Origin: Patescibacteria group bacterium
GTDB taxonomy: Bacteria > Patescibacteriota > Patescibacteriia > Magasanikbacterales > GWA2-37-8
Length of the DNA: 64,000 nucleotides
NCBI GenBank assembly: GCA_004321885.1
Contig: SCQK01000004.1
Location: forward strand, 1 to 64,000
Direction of reading: 5' to 3'
Positions within the stretch are counted from its first letter, which is position 1. Every line of letters starts with the position of its first letter. The notes under the pieces are model-generated. The model was given only the letters and a program-made list of their open reading frames with translations, did not search any database and was not told where the DNA came from. A program made the translations under genes and the position numbers. Shown here piece by piece: positions 43,492-53,057 of the stretch.

Positions 43492-45897
43492 ATGGCTAAG
43501 ATACAACTGCGCCGGTGCGCTCTTTGCCAAGAGCCCGGCCACAACAAATCCACCTGCCCCCAGCGGCACGATTTTGAAGTAGCCAAGCCCTCCGCGGCCC
43601 TGCATTTTTTTGTGCACCACACGAACCGCGACTCTTCCCCTTCTCCGCACGTAGTAAACCTCAAAGAAAAAGAGGAGCTCTGGCGCGACATAGAATCTTG
43701 CGAGCCAGAACACGGCCCGAAAAATGACGACTATTATTTTTATCACATCAAACACGCTGGCCACGACGACCCGCGCCAAACCCCGGTCGTCAATATCCTG
43801 CCGCAGGACCTGGACGCGCCCACGCCGCGGCCCTTGCCCAAAAAAAGCCAGCCCAAAAACGACAAAAAATTTTTCTCTGGAGCCGTGAGAAGCTTTAGGA
43901 AAACGTTTACTCCGGCGCGGGCCGCAGTCATTGTCTCTATTCTCACGCTGGTCGCGTTCGCCCCGTCCAGCGCGCAAAATTACTATCTAAGCGTGAAGTC
44001 AACCGCGGCCACGGCGGCCGAAAGCGGCGCCGCCGCTTTTTCGGCCCTGCGCGATTCCACCGCCGCCATTATGAGCGGCCAGCTGGACCTGGCGAGGAGC
44101 GCGCTGGAAAACGCCCTGCGCAATTTCAATCTGGCAGTGGAAACATTAAACAGCAACCATCGTTTTTTACAAACCGCCGCCGCCAGCCTGCCTATTGTGG
44201 GCCGCGACGTTTCGGGTAAGCAAAAACTGCTGCTGGCCGGCCAAGCCATTGCCCGCGGCAATGCCGAGCTTTTGCAAGGCGCGACGGAAATGGAGCGCGC
44301 AGACGCTGACCTGGCAAAAAAACTTAACGGCCTGGTGTCTTATATACAGCTATCCGTGCCGGAATTTCAAAAGGCCCTGGCCAGCCTGAAGGACGTAAGT
44401 GACGACAGCCTGCCGGAAAATTTTCAGCCGGCCCTGCAAACCGTTAAATCGGTTTTTCCCGCGCTGGTAAATGATTTAAGCGACATCGCGCGCCTGGCCC
44501 AATCCATTTCCGAAATTTCGGGCGCCCGGGGTTTGCGCCGCTATCTTTTAATTTTCCAAAATCCAAACGAAATCCGGGCTACCGGCGGATTTATGGGCAG
44601 TTTCGCCCTGCTGGAAATAGAAGACGGCAAAATGCGCAATCTGACGGTGCCGCCCGGGGGTTCATACGACCTGCAGGGTCAGCTGGACACCTACCTGGAG
44701 CCGCCGGCGCCCCTGCTTCTTTCCAACAAGCGCTGGGAATTTCAAGACGCAAACTGGTTTCCGGATTTTCCGGCCAGCGCCCAAAAAATTCTTTGGTTCT
44801 ATCGCCACAGCCGCGGCATTACGGCCGACGGGGTCATTGCCATAAACGCCACTGCGCTAAACCGCGCGCTTGAGCTCACCGGGCCCGTGGCGGACAAAAA
44901 ACGGGGGCTGATTTTGGCCAAAGACAACGCCCTGGACGTCATTTCCAAGGTGGTGGAATTTGGTCCGGAAAAGAAGGACAAAAAACCAAAGCAGATTTTA
45001 TCCGACCTGGCGCCAATTTTCGCGGACTATTTTCAAAATCTTAAAGCCGGCGAAACCCTGCCCGCCCTGTCCTCCCTGCTTGACGCCTTGCAAAAAAAAG
45101 AAATTCAGGTATATTTCAACGACAAGGCAACGCAGAACATTATGGAAGAATTCGGCTGGGCCGGCAAAATGGCGAATACCTACCCGGACCAGGATTATTT
45201 AATGGTGGTTAATTCCAATCTGCAGGGTCAAAAAAGCGACGCGGCCATTTCCCAGCTGGTCAGTCACCAGGCGGTAGCGCAAGCCGACGGCAGTATCATA
45301 GACAGCGTGGTGATAGAACGAAAACACAACGGCGTCCCCGGCGAACCACTCTACGGCCAGACCAACATAGATTATATCCGCGTCTATGTGCCGGCCGGCA
45401 GCGAACTCAAGAGCGCCAGCGGTTTTGTCTGGCCCGATGAAAAAAAATTCAAAGCCCCGGCCGCCTTTTATCAAAAAGACGCTTTCCTGGCCGGCCTGGA
45501 AAAAGAAATAGCCATAGACGACAGGTCTGGCACGCGCGTAACCGATGAATTCGGCAAAAGGGCTTTCGGCAACTGGCTCATCACCGAACCGGGCCAGACC
45601 AGCCGCGTGGAATTCGTATATCAGTTGCCTTGGCTGGCTTTTGCCGCCGATAAAGCAAACTCGCTAAAATGGGCGGAAAAAATTTTTGGCGGAGCAATTT
45701 CGGCCCGCTATCAGTTGGTGGCTCAAAAACAATCCGGGGTGGAGTCCGCGTTTGAAAGCCAATTTATTTTCCCGGCCGGTTGGACGCCGGTTTGGCGCCA
45801 GGGCGAAAATATGACGTTGGCCGGAAACGGCGCCGATGTTTCCCAAACTATGTTGGACACGGACAAGATTTGGAGTTTGGTTTTAGAAAAAGAATAA
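43492..45897 (+). CDS. DUF4012 domain protein (EPS-cluster associated) with N-terminal zinc-knuckle-like CCALCQEPGHNKSTC
   Basis: LIFQNPNEIRATGGFMGSFALLEIEDGK motif typical of DUF4012. The listed ORF start 43453 lies inside the family-B palindrome, so the start is taken at ATG 43492. Confidence 0.65.
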   Translation: MAKIQLRRCALCQEPGHNKSTCPQRHDFEVAKPSAALHFFVHHTNRDSSPSPHVVNLKEKEELWRDIESCEPEHGPKNDDYYFYHIKHAGHDDPRQTPVVNILPQDLDAPTPRPLPKKSQPKNDKKFFSGAVRSFRKTFTPARAAVIVSILTLVAFAPSSAQNYYLSVKSTAATAAESGAAAFSALRDSTAAIMSGQLDLARSALENALRNFNLAVETLNSNHRFLQTAAASLPIVGRDVSGKQKLLLAGQAIARGNAELLQGATEMERADADLAKKLNGLVSYIQLSVPEFQKALASLKDVSDDSLPENFQPALQTVKSVFPALVNDLSDIARLAQSISEISGARGLRRYLLIFQNPNEIRATGGFMGSFALLEIEDGKMRNLTVPPGGSYDLQGQLDTYLEPPAPLLLSNKRWEFQDANWFPDFPASAQKILWFYRHSRGITADGVIAINATALNRALELTGPVADKKRGLILAKDNALDVISKVVEFGPEKKDKKPKQILSDLAPIFADYFQNLKAGETLPALSSLLDALQKKEIQVYFNDKATQNIMEEFGWAGKMANTYPDQDYLMVVNSNLQGQKSDAAISQLVSHQAVAQADGSIIDSVVIERKHNGVPGEPLYGQTNIDYIRVYVPAGSELKSASGFVWPDEKKFKAPAAFYQKDAFLAGLEKEIAIDDRSGTRVTDEFGKRAFGNWLITEPGQTSRVEFVYQLPWLAFAADKANSLKWAEKIFGGAISARYQLVAQKQSGVESAFESQFIFPAGWTPVWRQGENMTLAGNGADVSQTMLDTDKIWSLVLEKE

Positions 45898-45907
45898 CTA
45901 TAATTTT

Positions 45908-47803
45908 ATGGAAAAAGACCCCCGATTTGTCTCTAAATCTTTGGACAATCCGGAGGAGCCGGCCAAAGTCATAAAACCGCGCCGAAAAGTGACACGCAAA
46001 AAAATCGCGCCGGTCAAAAGGGTGAGCAAAAAAGAAAGGCAAATCAATTCCCAGCTCACTTCCATATACAGCGACGCCAACGGCCGCATCCCCAGCATGG
46101 ACCGCATTATCATCAAACGAAATCATCCGCTGGTGAAGATTTTTTTCTTTCTGCTCGTCGTGGGCGGGGCCCTGGCCGCGGCGGCCTGGTCTGGCCTTTT
46201 GGTTTTGCCGGAAAAAAAATTCGCCGAAGAAAAAGTGTCGCTAGTCGTGCGCGGGCCAATGGCCGCCGCCCTGGGCGCCACCACCACCTATACTATTGCC
46301 TACAAAAATGACCAAAACGCCACTCTGAATAACGCGGTGCTCTCGACGCAATTTCCCAAAGACTTTGTTTATCTCTCCAGCGAACCAACGGCCCGCAACT
46401 CGGGCAACAGCGAATGGCAGCTGGGCTCGGTGGGCCCGGGCGAGGGCAGACAAATCACGATTACCGGCCTGCTCTACGGCCGGCCCGGGGGCGAGCAGTC
46501 GTGGCGCGTCTTTCTCACCTACCGGCCGCAAAACATGAACTCTGACTTGCAAAAAATCGCCATCTACAACGTGGCCGTGGAAGAGGCCGGCGTGTCGCTC
46601 GCTATTGCCGGACCGGCCAAGGCTGTCTTGGGAAACAAAGCAGAATATACTTTCCGCGCCACCGCCGCCGACAAATGGCCGGCCGGCAAATTGGAGCTCC
46701 AGCCAATCCTGCCGGATAATTTTTACCTTGTTTCTTCCTCGCCGGCTTTGGATAAAAACAAAATTTGGACCATTAAAAATACGCCCGCGACCAGCACTAT
46801 TGTTTATAAAATCGCGGGCAAGTTCAGTACTTCCTCGGAAAACGCGGCGGTCATAAAAGGAACCCTGTCGCTGGCGGCCAAAGAAACCGGCCGGCTGTTT
46901 GAGCTGGCCAGCGCCGGCGCCGACACCCAGTTGGAAGACAACGACATCAGTCTTAATCTGGCAGTCAACGGCTCCACCGGCAATATGAACGCGAGCCCGG
47001 GAGAACTGCTCAATATGTCGCTGTTTTTGAAAAATATGACGCGGCTGGAAATGAAAAACGCGGCCATCAAGTTGGCGATAGACGCGCCTTCGTACAAAAA
47101 ACAAAGCGTGCTCAACTGGACGGAAATCACCGACGAACTGGACGGCGTCATCAGCGGAGCCCAGCTTGGAGATAATGTGCGGCGGGGAGAAATCACCTGG
47201 GACAAAGCCAAATTGCCCGCGCTGGCCAAACTAAAGCCCAATGACTCGGCGAGCATAGACGTGCGCCTGCCCATCAAAGACAGCCAGGCATTCGCCTTGG
47301 CCGAACTGAAAACCTTTGAAATAAAAATCGCGGCCGAGCTGACTTACACCGACAACAACAACAAAACGCAAGTCCTGGCTACCGCTCCCATCGTCATCAG
47401 ATTAAATTCCGACCTTAAGTTAGAAGTGCGCGATACCATCACGAGTGGCGACGCGGCCAAAGAAGAGCATAAAGCCGTGTGGGTGCTGACCAATAATTTT
47501 CATCCGGTGAAAAACATAAATATATCCGCGGATATCTACGGCCTGATTGACTGGTTTGGCGGCAATACCTCCACGGTGCCGGCCGGCCAGCTGACCTACG
47601 ACCCCAAGGCGCAAAAAATCACGTGGACCGTAAACGAGATGCCGCTTTCCGTGGATACCCTGGCCCTGCCGTTTACTTTCACTTTGAAGCAAAAAAATAC
47701 CACGCAAAAAGTGCTGGTATCAAAGGCGCATGTGCAGGCCGTGGATGCGACCACCGGCGAAGCGCTTGATTTTATGGGCGATGCCATCGGCCTCAATCCT
47801 TAG
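45908..47803 (+). CDS. hypothetical membrane-anchored protein with repeated beta-rich domains
   Basis: 631 aa; basic N-terminus, one TM, repeated Ig-like-looking segments; no confident family. Confidence 0.4.
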   Translation: MEKDPRFVSKSLDNPEEPAKVIKPRRKVTRKKIAPVKRVSKKERQINSQLTSIYSDANGRIPSMDRIIIKRNHPLVKIFFFLLVVGGALAAAAWSGLLVLPEKKFAEEKVSLVVRGPMAAALGATTTYTIAYKNDQNATLNNAVLSTQFPKDFVYLSSEPTARNSGNSEWQLGSVGPGEGRQITITGLLYGRPGGEQSWRVFLTYRPQNMNSDLQKIAIYNVAVEEAGVSLAIAGPAKAVLGNKAEYTFRATAADKWPAGKLELQPILPDNFYLVSSSPALDKNKIWTIKNTPATSTIVYKIAGKFSTSSENAAVIKGTLSLAAKETGRLFELASAGADTQLEDNDISLNLAVNGSTGNMNASPGELLNMSLFLKNMTRLEMKNAAIKLAIDAPSYKKQSVLNWTEITDELDGVISGAQLGDNVRRGEITWDKAKLPALAKLKPNDSASIDVRLPIKDSQAFALAELKTFEIKIAAELTYTDNNNKTQVLATAPIVIRLNSDLKLEVRDTITSGDAAKEEHKAVWVLTNNFHPVKNINISADIYGLIDWFGGNTSTVPAGQLTYDPKAQKITWTVNEMPLSVDTLALPFTFTLKQKNTTQKVLVSKAHVQAVDATTGEALDFMGDAIGLNP

Positions 47804-48731
47804 CATCCAAAAATTTTTCAACCAACTCTTCGGCCTTTTTTGGGTCGCTTCCCTCAATCCATTTTATCCTCTGGTCGCGCTTAAACCATGTAATCTGGCG
47901 CTTGGCGTAATTTTTTGTGTCTTTTTTGAGCGTCGCCAAGGCCTGCTCCAAACTCATCTCGCCGCGCAGATAATAGCCGATTTGCCGGTAGCCGAGCGTG
48001 CTCATGCTGGGCAAATCCCATCCGTATTTTTGCTTGGTTAAGCCAGACACTTCTTCAAGCAGGCCGCGCTTAATGTATGAATCGCATCTTTCCTCTATGC
48101 GCTTTAACAAAATTTCTTTGGGCCAGTGAAGGCCGATTTGCAAAACGTCAAACAAGGGCGCGCCCTTTTTTCTTTGCGATGAAAATGACGCGCCCGTGAT
48201 TATTTGCACTTCCAGGGCGCGAATCACGCGGCGCGGATTTTTGAGGTCAATTTTACGGGCGCCGGCCGGGTCAAGTTGCCGCAACAACCTGGCCAACTCG
48301 TCCAAACCCTTGCTTTCCAGACTGCGGCGCAAATTTTTGTTTGGCGCGATGGCCGGGATGTCAAGATTGTCAATTAAAGACCAGAGGTAAAGGCCGGTGC
48401 CGCCCACGACAATCGGCAATTTCCCGCGCGCGCTGATATCGCGGCAAATTCTGATTGCCGCGGACTTAAAATCAGCCACCGTGTAATTTTTGCCCGGGTC
48501 TATGATGTCCATCAGATAGTGCGGCACGGCTTCCACGAAATACGCTTTGTGCCGGCCGTGGCGGCGCCACTCGCCCACGGGCTTGTCCGTGGCAATGTTC
48601 ATTTTTTGATAAATCTGCCGCGAATCAGCCGAAACAATCTCGCCGTTAAATTTTTTGGCCAGCGCGATGCCCAGCTCGGTTTTGCCCGAAGCCGTGGGCC
48701 CGACAATGGCGATGATTTTAGGAAGAGACAT
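47793..48731 (-). CDS. miaA: tRNA dimethylallyltransferase
   Basis: IIAIVGPTASGKTELGIALAKKFNGEIVSADSRQIYQKMNIATDKP. The listed ORF starts at 48812, but those 27 codons lie in the family-D palindrome 48735..48850. Confidence 0.85.
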   Translation of the reverse strand: MSLPKIIAIVGPTASGKTELGIALAKKFNGEIVSADSRQIYQKMNIATDKPVGEWRRHGRHKAYFVEAVPHYLMDIIDPGKNYTVADFKSAAIRICRDISARGKLPIVVGGTGLYLWSLIDNLDIPAIAPNKNLRRSLESKGLDELARLLRQLDPAGARKIDLKNPRRVIRALEVQIITGASFSSQRKKGAPLFDVLQIGLHWPKEILLKRIEERCDSYIKRGLLEEVSGLTKQKYGWDLPSMSTLGYRQIGYYLRGEMSLEQALATLKKDTKNYAKRQITWFKRDQRIKWIEGSDPKKAEELVEKFLDAKD

Positions 48732-48804
48732 AGGTCGTTCCCCTCCCCTTGATATCTGCGGATATTTACTCATTCGTTCGGAAGTAAAAGTATAAACTTT
48801 TACT

Positions 48805-50139
48805 TCACTCACTCATTTCGTAAATAAGGGGAGGGTTAGGGAGGGGTAAAATAATTTCACCCTTTAAGACCCAAACATCAGCGGAAGTAATCTTAACATC
48901 CAAAATTTTTCCAATCAAATTTTTTGCGCCGGCAAACTGCGCGAGCTTCATTTCCGAAGAGTTGCCCGAGCAAATCCCTGCCTCGCATTTGTCCGCCAAT
49001 ACCGAAACTGTTTTGCCGATGTATTTTTGATTTTTGCGATAAGTTGTTTCTTCCATCAATTCTTGTAAAATCTGCCAGCGGCGCTTTTTTTCTAGGCGCG
49101 GCACATCATCTTTGAAGGCCCTGGCCGCGGCCGTCCCACTGCGCTGACTATACATGGCCGTGTAGGAAATGTCAAAATCACACTCTTTGTACAGAGCCAC
49201 CGTGTTTTGAAACTGTTTCTCGGTCTCGCCGCAAAAACCCGCGATAATATCCGTGCCAATGGCGATACTTGGTTTGGCCTGGCGGATTTTTTTTATCAAA
49301 TCAATATATTGCTCCCGCGTGTACTGGCGATTCATCTTGCGCAAAATTTCATTATCCCCGCTTTGAACCGGCAGGTGCAGATAATTCACCTGCTTGGGCA
49401 GTTTCAGCGCCTCTATTTGCGCGTCGGAAAAATAACGCGGGTCCGCGGCGGTAAAATGCAAGCGCTCCAACCCAGCCAACTTATTCAGCTCTTTCAGTAA
49501 ATCGACGAAACTGTCCCCCTCCCCCTTTTTAAGGGGGAGGTTGGGTAGGGGTAAATCCGGATCGCGGTAATTATTCACCACCTGCCCGAGCAGAATAATT
49601 TCTTTCGCGCCATTTTCAATCGCTATTTTTACCTCGTTAATAATTTCTTTGGCCGGCCGGTTTTTCTCGCGGCCGCGCGCCTGCGGCACCACGCAATAGG
49701 TGCAATAATTATCACAGCCGGTCTGAATAGTGATAAACGTTTGAAATCTACTCGTTCGCGCCGGCGCCAACTCTAAATAATCTCCAAGGTCAGCGCCTCC
49801 CAGCCATCTTGACAGCACCCCCATTTCGTGTATCGGAAAATACAAGTCAACCCCTTTTAGCCTGCTTTTTAACTTCCCGTCTTTGTCGCGGCCCGGCATA
49901 CAGCCGGTAACAGCGATTGTCAAATCCGGCTTTTTTGCCTTAAGTTGGCTCCAATTTCGCACTAGCCCGTGAACGCGGTCTTCGGCGCTTTGGCGCACCG
50001 AGCAGGTATTGACAATTAGTAAATCCGAGTTTTCGGCTTTGGCGCTTCTGGTCATCCCCAAGAAATTCAAAAAACCGGCGATTCTCTCTGAATCGTTTTT
50101 GTTCATCTGACAGCCGAAGGTAACGAGAAAATACTTCAT
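48805..50139 (-). CDS. miaB: tRNA-i6A37 methylthiotransferase (radical-SAM MTTase)
   Basis: FLVTFGCQMNKNDSE ... IQTGCDNYCTYCVVP (CxxxCxxC) ... TRAM-like C-terminus. In-frame family-D palindrome 49514..49554 encodes [16 protein letters not shown]. Confidence 0.85.
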   Translation of the reverse strand: MKYFLVTFGCQMNKNDSERIAGFLNFLGMTRSAKAENSDLLIVNTCSVRQSAEDRVHGLVRNWSQLKAKKPDLTIAVTGCMPGRDKDGKLKSRLKGVDLYFPIHEMGVLSRWLGGADLGDYLELAPARTSRFQTFITIQTGCDNYCTYCVVPQARGREKNRPAKEIINEVKIAIENGAKEIILLGQVVNNYRDPDLPLPNLPLKKGEGDSFVDLLKELNKLAGLERLHFTAADPRYFSDAQIEALKLPKQVNYLHLPVQSGDNEILRKMNRQYTREQYIDLIKKIRQAKPSIAIGTDIIAGFCGETEKQFQNTVALYKECDFDISYTAMYSQRSGTAAARAFKDDVPRLEKKRRWQILQELMEETTYRKNQKYIGKTVSVLADKCEAGICSGNSSEMKLAQFAGAKNLIGKILDVKITSADVWVLKGEIILPLPNPPLIYEMSE

Positions 50140-50537
50140 TAGTTAGACAGCTTCTTTTTTGGCCGGCTTCCCAACTGAATCCTGGATACCATCGCGTGAA
50201 TCCTATCAACAATCTGCCCAGCCTCATGTTCAATCGCGATTTCTTGCTGATTAATTCTTTGAGCCAACGACGTTCCTTTTTCCACAGCCTTTTTTTGCCG
50301 CTTGAGGTGAGTTTGATTTTGTCTCGCCTGCGCCTCGGTCCATTCTGCGGCCGCCAGCGCCAAAGCGCCCGCTTCAATTTCTTCCTCGGTCCATTTTGCC
50401 AGTTCAAACAAAGTTATCGGCCCATTTTTCTGGTCTATCTTTAACAGAATCTGTTTATCAACATTGTCCAGGGTCTCGTTTCTATTTATTTCGTCCAAAA
50501 TACCCGCGTGAAAAATATCGCCTGATTCTCCATTCAT
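50139..50537 (-). CDS. hypothetical protein
   Basis: 132 aa, no recognised domain; upstream of miaB in the same orientation. Confidence 0.35.
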   Translation of the reverse strand: MNGESGDIFHAGILDEINRNETLDNVDKQILLKIDQKNGPITLFELAKWTEEEIEAGALALAAAEWTEAQARQNQTHLKRQKKAVEKGTSLAQRINQQEIAIEHEAGQIVDRIHAMVSRIQLGSRPKKKLSN

Positions 50538-50548
50538 ATTGTTCTACA

Positions 50549-52369
50549 TTATTTCCTCCCGCTGATTTCGGTTTTCAAGCGAGAGATAAAATTTTGTTTA
50601 GACATTTTTATCTGGTCCTTTTGCCCGCGCGCGCGAATCATCCACGGCTCGCCGCCGATTTCCTTGTCGCCCACCACCACCACGTACGGAATTTTGCGCT
50701 CGGCCGCTTTGCGGATTTTATTGCCCAAGGTTTCGTTGGCCTCGTCTGTTTCCACTCGTATGCCCGCGTCTTTCATTTCACCCTCAATGGCGCGAGCGCC
50801 ACCGACGTGCTTTTCCGAAACCGAAGCCAACAAAACCTGGACCGGCGACAGCCAGAGCGGCCATACTCCCCCGTAATGTTCTATCAAAAACGCCGTGAAC
50901 CGCTCGTGCGTGGACAGCGGGGCGCGATGAATGACAAACACCTCGTTATTTTCTTTGCCGCTTTCGTCCGTGTAACTCAACTCAAATCTTTTCTTGGCCG
51001 CGAAATCAAGTTGAATCGTTGACATCGTCTCTTCGCGCCCGACGATTGATTTGAATTGCACGTCAACTTTGGGTCCGTAAAACGCCGCTTCGTCGTCAAC
51101 TTCAACAAAATCCACAAATGCTTCTTGGAGAACTTCACGAATAACGCTTTCGCAAAATTCCCAATTTTTTGGCTCATTGATATATTTGTCCAGACGCTCC
51201 GGGCTCCACTTGGACAAACGAAACCAATAATTTTTTAAGCCGAAAATTTCAAAATATTTTATATTTAATTGCAATACATCCATGAATTCTGCCTTGATTT
51301 GATCTTTGCGGCAATAAATATGCGCGTCATTCATGGCCAAACAGCGCACGCGCAACAATCCGGCCAGGGTACCGGATAACTCATTGCGGTAAACCGTGCC
51401 GTATTCAGCCATGCGCAAAGGCAATTCGCGATAACTGCGTTGGTTATGTTTGTAAATCAAATGGTGGTGCGGGCAATTCATGGCTTTCAGATAATACGTG
51501 CCATCATCCATTTTCATGGCCGGATACATACTGTCTTTGTAGTACGGCAAATGCCCGGATTTAATGTACAGCTCTTCCTTGGCCAAATGCGGAGTTACGA
51601 CGCGCGTGTAGCCGTGTATGTTTTCCATCTCAATGGCTAACTTTTCTATCTCATTTCTTATCACAGTTCCGTTTGGCAACCACATGGCCAATCCTTTACC
51701 CACCATGTCATCAATAAAGAACAGGCCTTGCTCCTGCCCAATTTTGCGGTGGTCGCGCTTTTCGGCTTCGGCCAGCATGGCCAAATATTCGTCCAATTCT
51801 TTTTGCGAAGCAAAACAAGCGCCGTAAATTCTTTGCAGCATTTTATTTTTTTCGCTTCCGCGCCAGTAGGCCCCGGCCAATTTTGTCAGCTTGAACGCGC
51901 CGATTTCTTTAGCTGATTGCACGTGCGGCCCGCGACACAAATCCACAAATTTACCCGTTTTGTACAAAGATACAATTCCTTTTTTCGGCTTTTCGCCAAT
52001 CACATCGGCTTCGTCTTTCGTCACTCTTGTTGTTCCCTTTTTCTTCAAATCCTTTAACAATTCAACCTTGTAATCCTGCTTTTCTTTTTTGAAAAACTTT
52101 ACGGCGTCGTCAATATCCAATTCATTTTTTTCAAACAACAAATCTTTTTCAATCAGCTGGCGCGCCTTGATTTCTATCTTTTCCAAATCCGCTTCGCCAA
52201 TGGGCTCTGAAAAATCTATGTCATAATAAAAGCCATTCTCCACCACCGGTCCCACGCCAAACTTGGCCTTGGGATAAAGCTCTTGTACCGCGGCCGCTAC
52301 CACATGCGCGCACGAGTGGCGCATTGTCTCCAATTTTTTGTTTTTCTCGTACATATTTAATACAAACAA
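50549..52369 (-). CDS. thrS: threonyl-tRNA synthetase (apparently without an N-terminal TGS domain)
   Basis: MRHSCAHVVAAAVQELYP ... class II motifs (YRELPLRMAEYGTVYRNE, FRLSKWSPE), anticodon-binding C-terminus. Confidence 0.9.
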   Translation of the reverse strand: MFVLNMYEKNKKLETMRHSCAHVVAAAVQELYPKAKFGVGPVVENGFYYDIDFSEPIGEADLEKIEIKARQLIEKDLLFEKNELDIDDAVKFFKKEKQDYKVELLKDLKKKGTTRVTKDEADVIGEKPKKGIVSLYKTGKFVDLCRGPHVQSAKEIGAFKLTKLAGAYWRGSEKNKMLQRIYGACFASQKELDEYLAMLAEAEKRDHRKIGQEQGLFFIDDMVGKGLAMWLPNGTVIRNEIEKLAIEMENIHGYTRVVTPHLAKEELYIKSGHLPYYKDSMYPAMKMDDGTYYLKAMNCPHHHLIYKHNQRSYRELPLRMAEYGTVYRNELSGTLAGLLRVRCLAMNDAHIYCRKDQIKAEFMDVLQLNIKYFEIFGLKNYWFRLSKWSPERLDKYINEPKNWEFCESVIREVLQEAFVDFVEVDDEAAFYGPKVDVQFKSIVGREETMSTIQLDFAAKKRFELSYTDESGKENNEVFVIHRAPLSTHERFTAFLIEHYGGVWPLWLSPVQVLLASVSEKHVGGARAIEGEMKDAGIRVETDEANETLGNKIRKAAERKIPYVVVVGDKEIGGEPWMIRARGQKDQIKMSKQNFISRLKTEISGRK

Positions 52370-52375
52370 TTAAAA

Positions 52376-52556
52376 TTTAACAAAAACCCCAATACTACTT
52401 AAAGTATCGGGGTCCTTCATTTTTGAAAGACGGTTCCACCCGAAGTTTAACTTTTACCCTGTTAAATCGCCCCATAGGGACGTCGGCCTTTGGCCGAATT
52501 TAACAGGGTTGAATTTGTAGATACTCCGAGAGTGGTTAGTTCTCGTGCAAACGTAT
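52376..52556 (-). promoter_or_regulatory. T-box riboswitch leader (Thr specifier) upstream of thrS
   Basis: Minus strand: specifier-loop-like GAGAACTAACCACTCTC (A-ACC-A); T-box sequence AAACTTCGGGTGGAACCGTC; terminator ccccgatacttt-aagt-agtattgggg + T-tract directly before the thrS start. Confidence 0.65.
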
Positions 52557-52558
52557 CG

Positions 52559-52768
52559 CTACGCACGGTTGATGCAAAGATTCCTCATCTGCCTCACCGG
52601 AACAAAATTTTCTAAATTAATATCCATTATGTCAATTCCCACAACTTCGCCTTTTTTATTATAATCCACCACCACATTTCCCGCGATATCAGAATCAACA
52701 CTTTTTTCTTTTCTAAAGCGTATGGATAGAATGCGATCTTTTTTTATGAAATTGATTTTAGGCGCCAT
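52559..52768 (-). CDS. DUF2283-like small protein (antitoxin-like partner)
   Basis: MAPKINFIKKDRILSIRFRKEKSVDSDIAGNVVVDYNKKGEVVGIDIMD; overlaps the upstream small ORF by 24 nt. Confidence 0.45.
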   Translation of the reverse strand: MAPKINFIKKDRILSIRFRKEKSVDSDIAGNVVVDYNKKGEVVGIDIMDINLENFVPVRQMRNLCINRA

Positions 52769-52921
52769 ACTAGTGGAAAAATCTTTTTGGCAACGAATCT
52801 GTTGAAGCTTGTGCGATCACGGGCAATTTCGTCTGGACTGTTAATCGCGCCGATTACCTCTGTCCGCGATATACCCCGCTCGCGCATTCTTTTTATCGCG
52901 TGGGTAGTAAAACTGACCCGC
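52745..52921 (-). CDS. DUF4258-like small protein (toxin-like partner)
   Basis: Not in the >=60 aa track. Minus-strand ATG at 52921: MRVSFTTHAIKRMRERGISRTEVIGAINSPDEIARDRTSFNRFVAKKIF... (58 aa). Confidence 0.4.
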
Positions 52922-53057
52922 ATAGGGATAAACTATCAATAAATAGCTAAATAGTCAACAGCTCTACTTCTTCCCTTTTTTTGCTTTCTTGGGCGCTTTT
53001 TTGGCCTTCTTCATCGGGCCGCAAGCGCATTTGCAGCATCCCATAGAATAAAGTTAA

